Shown one piece after another: positions 7,052-15,328 of a stretch of DNA of 33,078 nt. A model generated the notes under the pieces. That model worked only from the letters and a program-made list of their open reading frames with translations. It made no database searches and had not been told where the DNA came from. The stretch covers positions 1-33,078 of the forward strand of contig JAHFEP010000002.1 of the NCBI GenBank assembly GCA_023248415.1. Direction: 5' to 3'. Both the position numbers and the translations under genes were made by a program. The stretch is from Nitrospirota bacterium (GTDB lineage Bacteria; Nitrospirota; CAKKRA01; 9FT-COMBO-42-15). Every line of letters begins with the position of its first letter. Positions within the stretch are counted from its first letter, which is position 1.

Positions 7052-9937
7052 CTATATATACGAAACCTTGCCCTTTTTGCTCTTCTTAGCATTTACAGCA
7101 GTCTCTATATCTTTGACTATAATCGGCTCAGGCTCCTCAGGTTTTTCATCAATAATCTTTGACACCCTTTTCTCAAAAGTTACTTTCTTCTCCACTGGTT
7201 TTATATCTTCCATAGGTTTTTTCTTTGAAACCTGACTTCCTTTTAGTTTGTCTATCTTCTCTGCCACATCCCTGAAATTTACATCAATTCCATATACATC
7301 CATAAATGCCTTGTATGCATCTTCCATAAGACCCATCTCTTCATAAATAACAGCAAGGTCGTATTTTAAAGAGAGAAATTCTGATTCATTATATCTGGGG
7401 TCATCTATTGCCCTCTTTAATTGAGTAACTGCAAGCTGGTGCATCCCCTTTTCTTCAAAACATAGGGCAAGCATACTGCTTGCATCAAAAAATCTTTCAG
7501 CGCCCTTGATTGCGAGCTGGAATTCACCTATTGCCTCATTGATCAGGCCCATCTCCTTATATGCGATGCCAAGGTTATAATGGGTTTCATGGTCCTCATC
7601 TCCAAGATATTCCTTCACACCCTTTTTAAATTCATGGAATATATCGCTCAGCTCCATATCCTTCAATGCTTTTGACTCTGGCGCAGCAGGAGCAGCAGCC
7701 ATCTCCTCTTTTAATTCTTCTGAAAGGTCAAAGAAATTTCCTTCTTCAACCTCATCTTCCTTTTCTAATATCTTAAAGCTTGCGCCGCCCTTCTTCACTT
7801 CCATGCCAACATCTTCTTTTTTCTCAACTATAGGCGCTGCCCTCTTATCTGGCTTAATGGTATTAAGCAGTTTGTCTAATCTTTCCTTAACCTCCTGATT
7901 ATCAGGCTGAATTGCAAGTATCCTTTCATAAATACCCTGTGCCTCTGGCACTAATCCCTGCTGGCTATAAAAATCTGCCTCTGCAATAAATTCCTGGATA
8001 TTTTCTAAAGAAACAGGCGGAAATTCTGCAGCCGGCTGAATCTCCTCTACAGGCTCTGCAGGCTCAAACGATTCAACAATTGGAATTTCTGCAACTGCCT
8101 CTTCTATCTCATGAGCAGGCACAGACTCAATATCTTCTGGTTTTTCAGGCGAAACAATAGATGCTATCCCCTCCAAGTCAAAATCAGTAAGCTCTACTGT
8201 CGGGATTCCTCTTTCTGCTGCTGCTTCTTCACGCGGCATCTCCGTCTGTTTTATCAAGGGAGCCCCTACAAGCGCACTTAATCTATTCCTCACCCTTTCG
8301 TTATCAGGGTCTAATTCAACGGCCTCTTTTAATGCCTCTTCTGCCTTCTTAATATCCCCTTTTTCATGATGCAGCCTTGATATTACTATGCACTCTTCTA
8401 CTGCCTTTGGGGTATTTCCCTCTATCTTGTAAATGTCCTTTAGCTTCTTACGCGCCTTCAGCTCACTTGGCTTAATCGCCAAAATAAGTTCTAACTGCTC
8501 AATGCTTTTATTTGTAAGCCCATATTTAAGATATACATCAGCCTCTGTGTAGCAGCCATCAATCTTTTCTGCATCCTCATCTGATATCGCCTGTTCCTCA
8601 ACACCAGCAAAGGACTGTATAACAGGAGGCGTCTCTTTAATCTCAGGTTTAATTTCTGGTTTAATCTCAGGCTTTATCTCTGCCTCAACCTCTCGCTGAA
8701 TTATCTTTTCAGGTTTTACAACTGTTTCTGACTGAACCTCTTTTTCCGGAGCCTTTTCCTGCGGCCTCTCCCTTGCAGAAATATCATCTAATCTCTTCTT
8801 TGCCTCAATATTATTTGGGTCTATTTTCAGAACTTCCCTATATACATTTGCAGCCTTCTCTAAATCAGACTGCTCCAAATAGATATCTGCAATAGACAGA
8901 TACTCTGCTATCTTGCCGCCCTCATTGCCTGTCTTTTCATAAACATCAATGAGCATTGTGTGGGCATCAATGTTTTTATTGTCTGCCTCAAGAATATCCT
9001 GAACAATCTTTTTTATCTTGTCAAATTCATGTTTCTGGGCATAGTCATCAATGATTATCTTAAACTCGGAAATGGCATTGCCAAATGCCCCCTTTCTTAA
9101 GAATACATAGCCTAATTTCTCATGATGTGCTGGATCAGCAGTCTCCAATGTTATCAGATGCCGCAAACCTTTTTCTGCCTTTGCATAATCGCCTGACTTG
9201 GTGCATGCATCAATAAACAGATTCAGGGTTTTTACATCGTCCGGCCTCTTTTCAAGGATGCCTTCCAGTATATTTATACCGTCCTGCAGTTTATCCTGTT
9301 TTAGCCTTAGATTTCCTATTCCGAAGGCAGCCTTCCTGTTCTCATGGTCAATGGAGAGCGCCTGATTAAAGAAGCTCTCAGCCTCTTTGACATCATTATT
9401 TTTCACATATACTTCTGCTATCTTATTGTATTCATCTGCTGCGTCCTTTTTAAGGCCCTCTTTGAGGCACATCTCTGCAATTCTCTGATGAACGCTGATA
9501 TTATCAGGCTCCAAGTCTGCAATCTTTTTATATACAGCAACAGCCTGTTTGCTCTGCCCCTGTTTTTGATAGAGCCTTGCAGCCTTTAGATAATCGTCTC
9601 TGGCGTTCCCTATCAAACCCCTCTCTGCATTAAGTGCAGCCAATTTTAGATACACCTCTATATTCTCAGGGTCTATCTTGTTAACCTTTTTATAGAGTGC
9701 GATTGTCTTTAAGGCAAAGCCAGCCTTGTAAAATGAATCGCCTGCTTTTATATATGCTGAAACTGCTTCTTGAATAGAGTTATTCCTAAGATACAGGTCG
9801 CCGATGGTATTATAGATATTGCCGTCGTTCGGGCTTTCCTGGATGAGCTTCTGCCACTCCTCAATGGCCTTGTCAAGCTGGCCTCTGGCAGTATATTTTT
9901 GGGCATTTTTTAATATGGTATTTTTATCTAATGGCAA
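7052..9937 (-). CDS. Large TPR-repeat protein with acidic/Pro-rich linkers (MshN-like partner of the ATPase)
   Basis: TTG start. Multiple TPR-type helical repeats (e.g. AIEEWQKLIQESPNDGNIYNTIGDLYL) in N-terminal, central and C-terminal blocks. The blocks are separated by E/P/K-rich low-complexity segments. Confidence 0.8.
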   Translation of the reverse strand: MPLDKNTILKNAQKYTARGQLDKAIEEWQKLIQESPNDGNIYNTIGDLYLRNNSIQEAVSAYIKAGDSFYKAGFALKTIALYKKVNKIDPENIEVYLKLAALNAERGLIGNARDDYLKAARLYQKQGQSKQAVAVYKKIADLEPDNISVHQRIAEMCLKEGLKKDAADEYNKIAEVYVKNNDVKEAESFFNQALSIDHENRKAAFGIGNLRLKQDKLQDGINILEGILEKRPDDVKTLNLFIDACTKSGDYAKAEKGLRHLITLETADPAHHEKLGYVFLRKGAFGNAISEFKIIIDDYAQKHEFDKIKKIVQDILEADNKNIDAHTMLIDVYEKTGNEGGKIAEYLSIADIYLEQSDLEKAANVYREVLKIDPNNIEAKKRLDDISARERPQEKAPEKEVQSETVVKPEKIIQREVEAEIKPEIKPEIKPEIKETPPVIQSFAGVEEQAISDEDAEKIDGCYTEADVYLKYGLTNKSIEQLELILAIKPSELKARKKLKDIYKIEGNTPKAVEECIVISRLHHEKGDIKKAEEALKEAVELDPDNERVRNRLSALVGAPLIKQTEMPREEAAAERGIPTVELTDFDLEGIASIVSPEKPEDIESVPAHEIEEAVAEIPIVESFEPAEPVEEIQPAAEFPPVSLENIQEFIAEADFYSQQGLVPEAQGIYERILAIQPDNQEVKERLDKLLNTIKPDKRAAPIVEKKEDVGMEVKKGGASFKILEKEDEVEEGNFFDLSEELKEEMAAAPAAPESKALKDMELSDIFHEFKKGVKEYLGDEDHETHYNLGIAYKEMGLINEAIGEFQLAIKGAERFFDASSMLALCFEEKGMHQLAVTQLKRAIDDPRYNESEFLSLKYDLAVIYEEMGLMEDAYKAFMDVYGIDVNFRDVAEKIDKLKGSQVSKKKPMEDIKPVEKKVTFEKRVSKIIDEKPEEPEPIIVKDIETAVNAKKSKKGKVSYI
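8636..8683. repeat. 12-bp tandem repeat x4 inside the TPR gene (encodes PEIK x4)
   Basis: TTTAATCTCAGG / TTTAATTTCTGG / TTTAATCTCAGG / CTTTATCTCTGC. The protein reads EIKPEIKPEIKPEIKE. Confidence 0.8.
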
Positions 9938-9979
9938 GCGAAATCCCTCATTTTAAAGATATTTTCAGTGCTATATTAA

Positions 9980-10008
9980 AAATTATCATATTTTCAACCA
10001 AGTGTCAA
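9980..10008 (-). promoter_or_regulatory. Candidate sigma70-type promoter for the TPR/ATPase operon
   Basis: On the - strand: TTGACA (10008-10003), 17-nt spacer, TAATTT (9985-9980), about 45 nt upstream of the TTG start. Confidence 0.3.
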
Positions 10009-10094
10009 CCCAGATTTGGTATATTCTTAACCATGAGAACATCCCATGAACAAGCATAACATATTGGAAATTAAGGTATTTTCCACAATTAGCT

Positions 10095-11717
10095 CTATGA
10101 ACTGCCATAAATCTCAACAATTGGATAAGCCACATTGCTTATATACGAATTTATCCTCCTTAAATTGCTTAATACATCAAGGTGGATGGAACTTGTATCA
10201 ATAGACTCTTTTAGTCCTTTGTGAAGCCTCTGAATATGTGCCTGCCTCAAGTTCCTCTCCATTTCAGCAAGCTCTATCTTATTTGCAAGCAGCTTTTTGG
10301 CAAGTCCTGCATCACCGCTGACAAATGCCGAGACCCCTATCTCAAAGTTTTCCAATATCTTTTTATGAAATCTTTCTATTTCATCAATACCTTCTTGTGA
10401 AAAGATAAGGCCGTTCTTTACCTTCTTCTTTGCCATCTCCATTAAATTCTTATCAACCACATCTCCGATATTTTCAAGGTCATTTATAAATGCAAGCAGA
10501 TCTTGCTCCATCCTGCTCTGCTGCGGCGTAAGGCTTTCATTGGATAATCTGGTTAAATACAGCTTTATCTCCCTGTCCAGCAGGTCAACATAATCGTCCC
10601 TCTTTTCTATGCTGTCTATCATATCAGGATCGTCCTTTTTAAATACAATTATGCTGTCTCTAAGCATCTCATGTGCAATATCAGCCATCCTGAGCGCCTC
10701 CCTCTTTGCCTGGCCAAAGGCAAGCACAGGAGAGCTCAGCACCCTTTTATCAAGATACTTTGGGGCAAACTTTTTTTCCTCGCCAGGCCTTTCAGGCACT
10801 ATCCTTGTTATTACATCTGTCATAACAGAGGTAAACGGCAAAAAGAAGATAGCGATTGCGCCATTAAACAACGTATGTGCATTTGCTATCTGCCTTGGCA
10901 CATCATCCGTCATAGAAATAACAAAATCTGCAAAGGGCTTAATAAATGGAAAGAATATAATCACGCCTAAAACCTTAAATAGTGTGTGGGCTGCTGCAAC
11001 GCGCTTTGCCTCAATATTTGAGCCTACACTTGAGATAATGGCAGTGGCACAGGTGCCGATATTTGCGCCAAAGATAAGGGGTATTGCTGCCTCAATGCTA
11101 ATTAAGCCCTGAAGCCCGAGTGCTAAGGCAAGGCCGATGATTGCTGCACTGCTATGAACAATGGCTGTAAATATGGCTGAGATAACAAGGCCAAGCAAAG
11201 GATTTGCAAGCAATGCCACAAGCACTGATTTAAATAATTCACTGGATTTTAAAGGCATCAGTGAATCGGACATGATTTTTATTGATAAAAAGATAAATGA
11301 AAAACCGAGGATACCCTCGCCTATATTCTTTAAAAACCTGCTCTTTGAAAGAAACATCATGCTGATTCCGATACCAACAAATAGAATGGCATAGTCGTAT
11401 ATCCTGAATGCAAGCAGTTGAACAGTAATTGTTGTTCCAATATCAGCGCCAAGTATTACGCCTATTGACTGTGGAAGGGTCATTAACCCGGAGCTGACAA
11501 AACCTACAAGCATAATTGTGGTAGCAGTGCTGCTCTGTAAAAAGACTGTTACAATAATACCGACACCAAGGCCAAGAAAGCGATTCTTCGTCAGGGAACT
11601 AACTATTGTCCGCAGTCTTGCGCCTGCTGCCCTTTGCAGACCCTCGCCGGCAAGCCTCATCCCATACAGGAGAATAGCCATGCCTCCGAACAGAGAAAAG
11701 AGCATAAGGTTAGTCAT
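10095..11717 (-). CDS. Na+/phosphate cotransporter family protein (NptA-type with PhoU-like C-terminal domain)
   Basis: LFGGMAILLYGMRLAGEGLQ and the duplicated Na_Pi_cotrans membrane repeat, followed by a soluble helical C-terminal domain. Confidence 0.85.
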   Translation of the reverse strand: MTNLMLFSLFGGMAILLYGMRLAGEGLQRAAGARLRTIVSSLTKNRFLGLGVGIIVTVFLQSSTATTIMLVGFVSSGLMTLPQSIGVILGADIGTTITVQLLAFRIYDYAILFVGIGISMMFLSKSRFLKNIGEGILGFSFIFLSIKIMSDSLMPLKSSELFKSVLVALLANPLLGLVISAIFTAIVHSSAAIIGLALALGLQGLISIEAAIPLIFGANIGTCATAIISSVGSNIEAKRVAAAHTLFKVLGVIIFFPFIKPFADFVISMTDDVPRQIANAHTLFNGAIAIFFLPFTSVMTDVITRIVPERPGEEKKFAPKYLDKRVLSSPVLAFGQAKREALRMADIAHEMLRDSIIVFKKDDPDMIDSIEKRDDYVDLLDREIKLYLTRLSNESLTPQQSRMEQDLLAFINDLENIGDVVDKNLMEMAKKKVKNGLIFSQEGIDEIERFHKKILENFEIGVSAFVSGDAGLAKKLLANKIELAEMERNLRQAHIQRLHKGLKESIDTSSIHLDVLSNLRRINSYISNVAYPIVEIYGSS

Positions 11718-11958
11718 ATAACCCCTTTTTATATCTGCCTAATAATACACCGAGATACTGGCCTGAAAAGGATATTGCTATCAAATACAGGATATACCAG
11801 CTTCCCAATCCCATCTGCAGCCTGACAGGGATAATAATAAGCACAGGGATATGAATGTATAAAAACCATCTTAATGAAAAACTCTTTGTTCCAGCCCTTA
11901 AAACACCGAAAAAGAGATTTAGCAAAAATGCAAAAATAGTAATGATTAGAATTGCCAC
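11710..11958 (-). CDS. Small hydrophobic membrane protein, unknown function
   Basis: 82 aa with ~3 TM segments. The stop overlaps the Na/Pi transporter start by 8 nt (ATGACTAA), suggesting translational coupling. Confidence 0.5.
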   Translation of the reverse strand: MAILIITIFAFLLNLFFGVLRAGTKSFSLRWFLYIHIPVLIIIPVRLQMGLGSWYILYLIAISFSGQYLGVLLGRYKKGLYD

Positions 11959-11970
11959 TATCAGATTACC

Positions 11971-13503
11971 TTATCCCAATGACTGCCTGATGCGCGCTGC
12001 CTCAACAATCTGCTCTTTGGGATCCTTCTTCTCCTTCCAGAGGAAATATATATTGGATGTAATGTTCCTGTGTATAAAATGCCTTGTATCTGTTGGACCA
12101 AGCTCTTTGCCAATAAATTCTTCTATAAGCTTTACATCCTCAGCAATATCATTCCATACCTTCTCTGTCTTTGCCAGGAAATACAGGTTCTCCTTGTTAA
12201 GATAATTCCCTGCCATCTGCATATCAGGTATAAAATTTTTATAAAATAGTTTAAGGTCTCTATCAAGCCCCTTTTTTACAATCTCCCTAATCCCCCTGCC
12301 AACGCCAATCAATTCAGGAGGTATGCCGAGGGAATACAATGCTGCTGTGAAGGTAATTGCCCGCGGGAGCCTCTTTTTGCCCATTCCCCTTGAATAGCCG
12401 AATAGGCCGATATGGAGCATTCTCTCCCTTCTCCTCGGGATATATTCTGACAGATTATTTATAGTACCTGCAATCTCCTCTATTGTTTTACAATAATATT
12501 TGCTGAATATTGATATAATCTTCTTCCCATTCTTCATATCAGATGTTGAAAAGGTCTTTGGCTTGCCTGTTCTTAACATCTTGTTAAGATACCTTACAGT
12601 CTTTCTCGCCTCATCAACAGGATAGTCGTATCTAAGTGCAGATTGTATTGTAACAGTCCTTACACCGCTGTATTCATCAAGAAAGTTTCTAACAGTAGAA
12701 GGTGAAAGCCCTCCCCTGAACGGCAGAGCGCCAACACCAATAATCGGAAAAACAGGGACACCGCTTTCTTCGCTGAATTTATAAAATTCAGAGAGTGCAA
12801 TCTTTGCAGCAATGGTTGCAGAGACTATGCCGGCGTTTAATGCAGGGTCAGAACGTGCAATAAACGGCCTCAGATATTCTGGAGGAGACTTATACTCCTT
12901 TTTATGCAGCCTGACATAATCATGCAGTATCTTTTTTGAGGATGTTAGCTCATTAATCCCCTCAATCAGAGGAATCACCCTCAAATAATTAAAGACCTTT
13001 ACTTTCTCGCCAAAGGCCTTATCTTTAAATTTTGCTATCTGGGCAAAGGTTTTTTGTAAATAAATAAGTTTTTCTGCCTTATCCGTCATCGGCAGGATTA
13101 CCTCAAAGACAGGCGGACTCGCCACCTTAAGGGCGCTTGAAAAATCAACAGATGTCAATATCGCCATGTATGCCCTTGCTATCCTGTAGCCCTTTTCAAG
13201 CCATATATTCGGAAGGCGGAATGTTAAGAATATGTCCTTGCCAAGCTGCCTCTTTCTAAAGAAGGTATAGTATGTGGTAAAGAGCTTGTCTACTACAGCC
13301 TCATCAACATGCTTCCCCTCCCAGTCCCACATATATTCATCACACATGTAATCACGGTATGACCTGAACGCCTCCTCAACCTCTTCTATTGTGCTGATAA
13401 ACGGGTCTCCATTCTCCTTCCAGAAAGGTGCAGAAACATTGTCAGGATGCTGGGTTGCCATTGTGGCAGGTATTTTTCTCTTTATGTTCACTTTTTTGTT
13501 CAT
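11971..13503 (-). CDS. ppcA: Archaeal-type phosphoenolpyruvate carboxylase (PEPcase type 2)
   Basis: ~510 aa, roughly half the size of bacterial Ppc. The N-terminal IPATMATQHPDN signature is characteristic of the archaeal-type PEPC family. Confidence 0.8.
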   Translation of the reverse strand: MNKKVNIKRKIPATMATQHPDNVSAPFWKENGDPFISTIEEVEEAFRSYRDYMCDEYMWDWEGKHVDEAVVDKLFTTYYTFFRKRQLGKDIFLTFRLPNIWLEKGYRIARAYMAILTSVDFSSALKVASPPVFEVILPMTDKAEKLIYLQKTFAQIAKFKDKAFGEKVKVFNYLRVIPLIEGINELTSSKKILHDYVRLHKKEYKSPPEYLRPFIARSDPALNAGIVSATIAAKIALSEFYKFSEESGVPVFPIIGVGALPFRGGLSPSTVRNFLDEYSGVRTVTIQSALRYDYPVDEARKTVRYLNKMLRTGKPKTFSTSDMKNGKKIISIFSKYYCKTIEEIAGTINNLSEYIPRRRERMLHIGLFGYSRGMGKKRLPRAITFTAALYSLGIPPELIGVGRGIREIVKKGLDRDLKLFYKNFIPDMQMAGNYLNKENLYFLAKTEKVWNDIAEDVKLIEEFIGKELGPTDTRHFIHRNITSNIYFLWKEKKDPKEQIVEAARIRQSLG

Positions 13504-13515
13504 ATCACCATGCTT

Positions 13516-13610
13516 GTCATTCCTGCGAAAGCAGGAATCTATGGTTCGACAGGCTCACCATGCATCCTGAGCTTGTCGAAGGACTGGATTCCCACTTTCG
13601 TGGGAATGAC
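13516..13610. repeat. Composite REP/BIME-like element with three hairpins and GTCATTCC/GGAATGAC termini
   Basis: GTCATTCCTGCGAAAGCAGGAATC (13516-13539); TTCGACAGGCTCA...TGAGCTTGTCGAA (13545-13580); GGATTCCCACTTTCGTGGGAATGAC (13586-13610, the exact reverse complement of 3901-3925). Confidence 0.8.
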
Positions 13611-13682
13611 GAAGAATTGTGTAAAAACTGTTTAATTGAATTAAAATAATTTAATATGTTATTATATCAGAAAGAGGCGATA

Positions 13683-14225
13683 ATGTCTTTACAAAAACCA
13701 AAAATGCTCCTGCATATCTGCTGTGCGCCATGCTCTACTGCTGTAATAGAGCGGCTAAAGGATGAATTTGACATCACAGGCTACTTCTATGACCCGAACA
13801 TACATCCGGAAGAAGAATACCTGCGCAGGCTTGAAGAAACAAAAGAACTTTATAATAAGTTAAGCATACCTTTAATTGAAGCGCAATATGACGCTGAAAG
13901 ATGGTTTAATCTAACAGAGAATCTTAAGCAGGAACCAGAGGGCGGCAAGAGATGCGAGGTCTGCTACGATATGCGGCTTGAAAAGACAGCAGGATTTGCA
14001 AGGGATAATGGCTTTGCTCTATTTACAACCGTGCTTTCAATAAGCCCGCATAAAAAGGCAGCAGTGATTAGCAGCATAGGCAGAAGGCTGTCTGAAAAAT
14101 ACAGTATAAAATTTTATGAGGCAGATTTTAAGAAGAAGGACGGTTTTAAAAGGAGCCTTGAACTAAGCAGGGAATATAATCTATACAGACAGGATTACTG
14201 CGGGTGTATCTACAGCAGAAGATAA
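13683..14225 (+). CDS. queH: Epoxyqueuosine reductase QueH (DUF208)
   Basis: LLHICCAPCS near the N-terminus and YRQDYCGC near the C-terminus are hallmark QueH Cys motifs. AAGAGG precedes the ATG at 13683; the track ORF starts at 13656. Confidence 0.8.
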   Translation: MSLQKPKMLLHICCAPCSTAVIERLKDEFDITGYFYDPNIHPEEEYLRRLEETKELYNKLSIPLIEAQYDAERWFNLTENLKQEPEGGKRCEVCYDMRLEKTAGFARDNGFALFTTVLSISPHKKAAVISSIGRRLSEKYSIKFYEADFKKKDGFKRSLELSREYNLYRQDYCGCIYSRR

Positions 14226-14232
14226 AAATATA

Positions 14233-14586
14233 TCAAACCTTATCCTTCTTACACGCCTCCATCTTTTTTAGGATATTATCAAGATATTCCTTGCCCTTTT
14301 CGCGGTCCTGGCCGCCTACCTTTTTTATCTTTGAAAGGTCAAAGACATCTCCAAGGCACTTTTCTGCAAACTGGCACCATTCAACGCATGACGGCGGCTT
14401 TGGCTCATCAGCATTTCTAAAAATATCTGCGCCGCACTTCGGGCACTCAACCTTAGGTTCATCAGCAAATATCTCTGTATCATAACCGCACTTTCTGCAC
14501 TTTACCTCTTCAGGCGGTGCATCAAGCATTGTCCTTGTGCCAGGACATTTGATTTTTGGTTTTTCTGCCTTCTTTTCCTCTGCCAT
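14233..14586 (-). CDS. Cys-rich zinc-ribbon protein, unknown function
   Basis: CRKCG...CPKCG zinc-ribbon pair plus CVEWCQFAEKC. Convergent with queH with a 7-nt gap. Confidence 0.5.
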   Translation of the reverse strand: MAEEKKAEKPKIKCPGTRTMLDAPPEEVKCRKCGYDTEIFADEPKVECPKCGADIFRNADEPKPPSCVEWCQFAEKCLGDVFDLSKIKKVGGQDREKGKEYLDNILKKMEACKKDKV

Positions 14587-14628
14587 AATAATTACCTCTT
14601 GGTTTTATAATAGTTCTTAATAATTTAT

Positions 14629-15093
14629 TCAGCCCATCTTCTTAGCCTTTATTATTTTAAGATATTCAATATCCTCTTTATCCTTTGAAGAAGGACTTTT
14701 CTTACAATTTTTTAGTGTTATTAAATCATCAATATTCGGGACTATGACTTTAAAACCTGTGGGGTCTTTAAAAACCTTTGCTTCTCGGTAACAATCTTCA
14801 AAGGTTATAGCCCTGCTATTTTTAGTTGCCATTTTTTTCACAAAAAAGACATCAATTTTCTCTTCTTCAGAATAAAAGATGGCTATCGGTTTTTTCCTTG
14901 AGCCTTCATCATATTCAAAACCAAATGAATCTGCCAATGAGAAAAAGGTTTCCTTTTGAGAAGGGTCAACCCAGAAGTCAAAATCAAAAGAAAACAATGG
15001 TGAACCGTATAGAGTCACCGCCTGCCCGCCAATCAAAATATATCTTACTCTCCTTTTTTCAAGCTCCTTAATAAAATCTTCTAAATTAAACAT
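14629..15093 (-). CDS. Minimal nucleotidyltransferase-fold protein (MNT/DUF6036-like)
   Basis: YILIGGQAVTLYGSPLFSFDFDFWV matches the G-x-A...(S/T)xDxD pattern of pol-beta-fold nucleotidyltransferases. The C-terminal IDDLITLK...KDKEDIEYL helix is typical of this small NTase group. Confidence 0.55.
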   Translation of the reverse strand: MFNLEDFIKELEKRRVRYILIGGQAVTLYGSPLFSFDFDFWVDPSQKETFFSLADSFGFEYDEGSRKKPIAIFYSEEEKIDVFFVKKMATKNSRAITFEDCYREAKVFKDPTGFKVIVPNIDDLITLKNCKKSPSSKDKEDIEYLKIIKAKKMG

Positions 15094-15259
15094 TGGTATT
15101 GTCTTTGCTCTTCAGGGCAAGGCCTCTGAGTCTCCTAAACCTAAGCGCGTTTTTTCTTGCTATACGAATTCTTTCTAAAAGAGTAAACCTTGAAAACCAT
15201 TTGACATTATCAACTTTGGCTTTGTCAAACCGTTTCCCTTTAATCACTATCTTCTCCAT
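15086..15259 (-). CDS. Unannotated 57-aa basic protein, upstream partner of the nucleotidyltransferase
   Basis: Hand-translated and absent from the ORF track: MEKIVIKGKRFDKAKVDNVKWFSRFTLLERIRIARKNALRFRRLRGLALKSKDNTNV. AAAGGAG lies 7 nt upstream. The stop overlaps the NTase start (ATGTTTAA, 8-nt overlap). Confidence 0.45.
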   Translation of the reverse strand: MEKIVIKGKRFDKAKVDNVKWFSRFTLLERIRIARKNALRFRRLRGLALKSKDNTNV

Positions 15260-15328
15260 ATTGATTACTCCTTTTAGGTAATATTAACATACTGATTGTT
15301 AGTATTCAAGGAATTGTATAAGCCAACA

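Noticed and set aside
10609-11112. Antisense or shadow ORFs inside well-supported genes (10609-11112, 10671-10970, 16771-17217, 24839-25267, 24979-25413, 27359-27775, 29731-30093, 30738-31127, among others)
   Set aside because: Each lies opposite a gene with strong family motifs. Their translations are low-complexity or Ser/Leu/Pro-rich, with no RBS or recognisable motifs.
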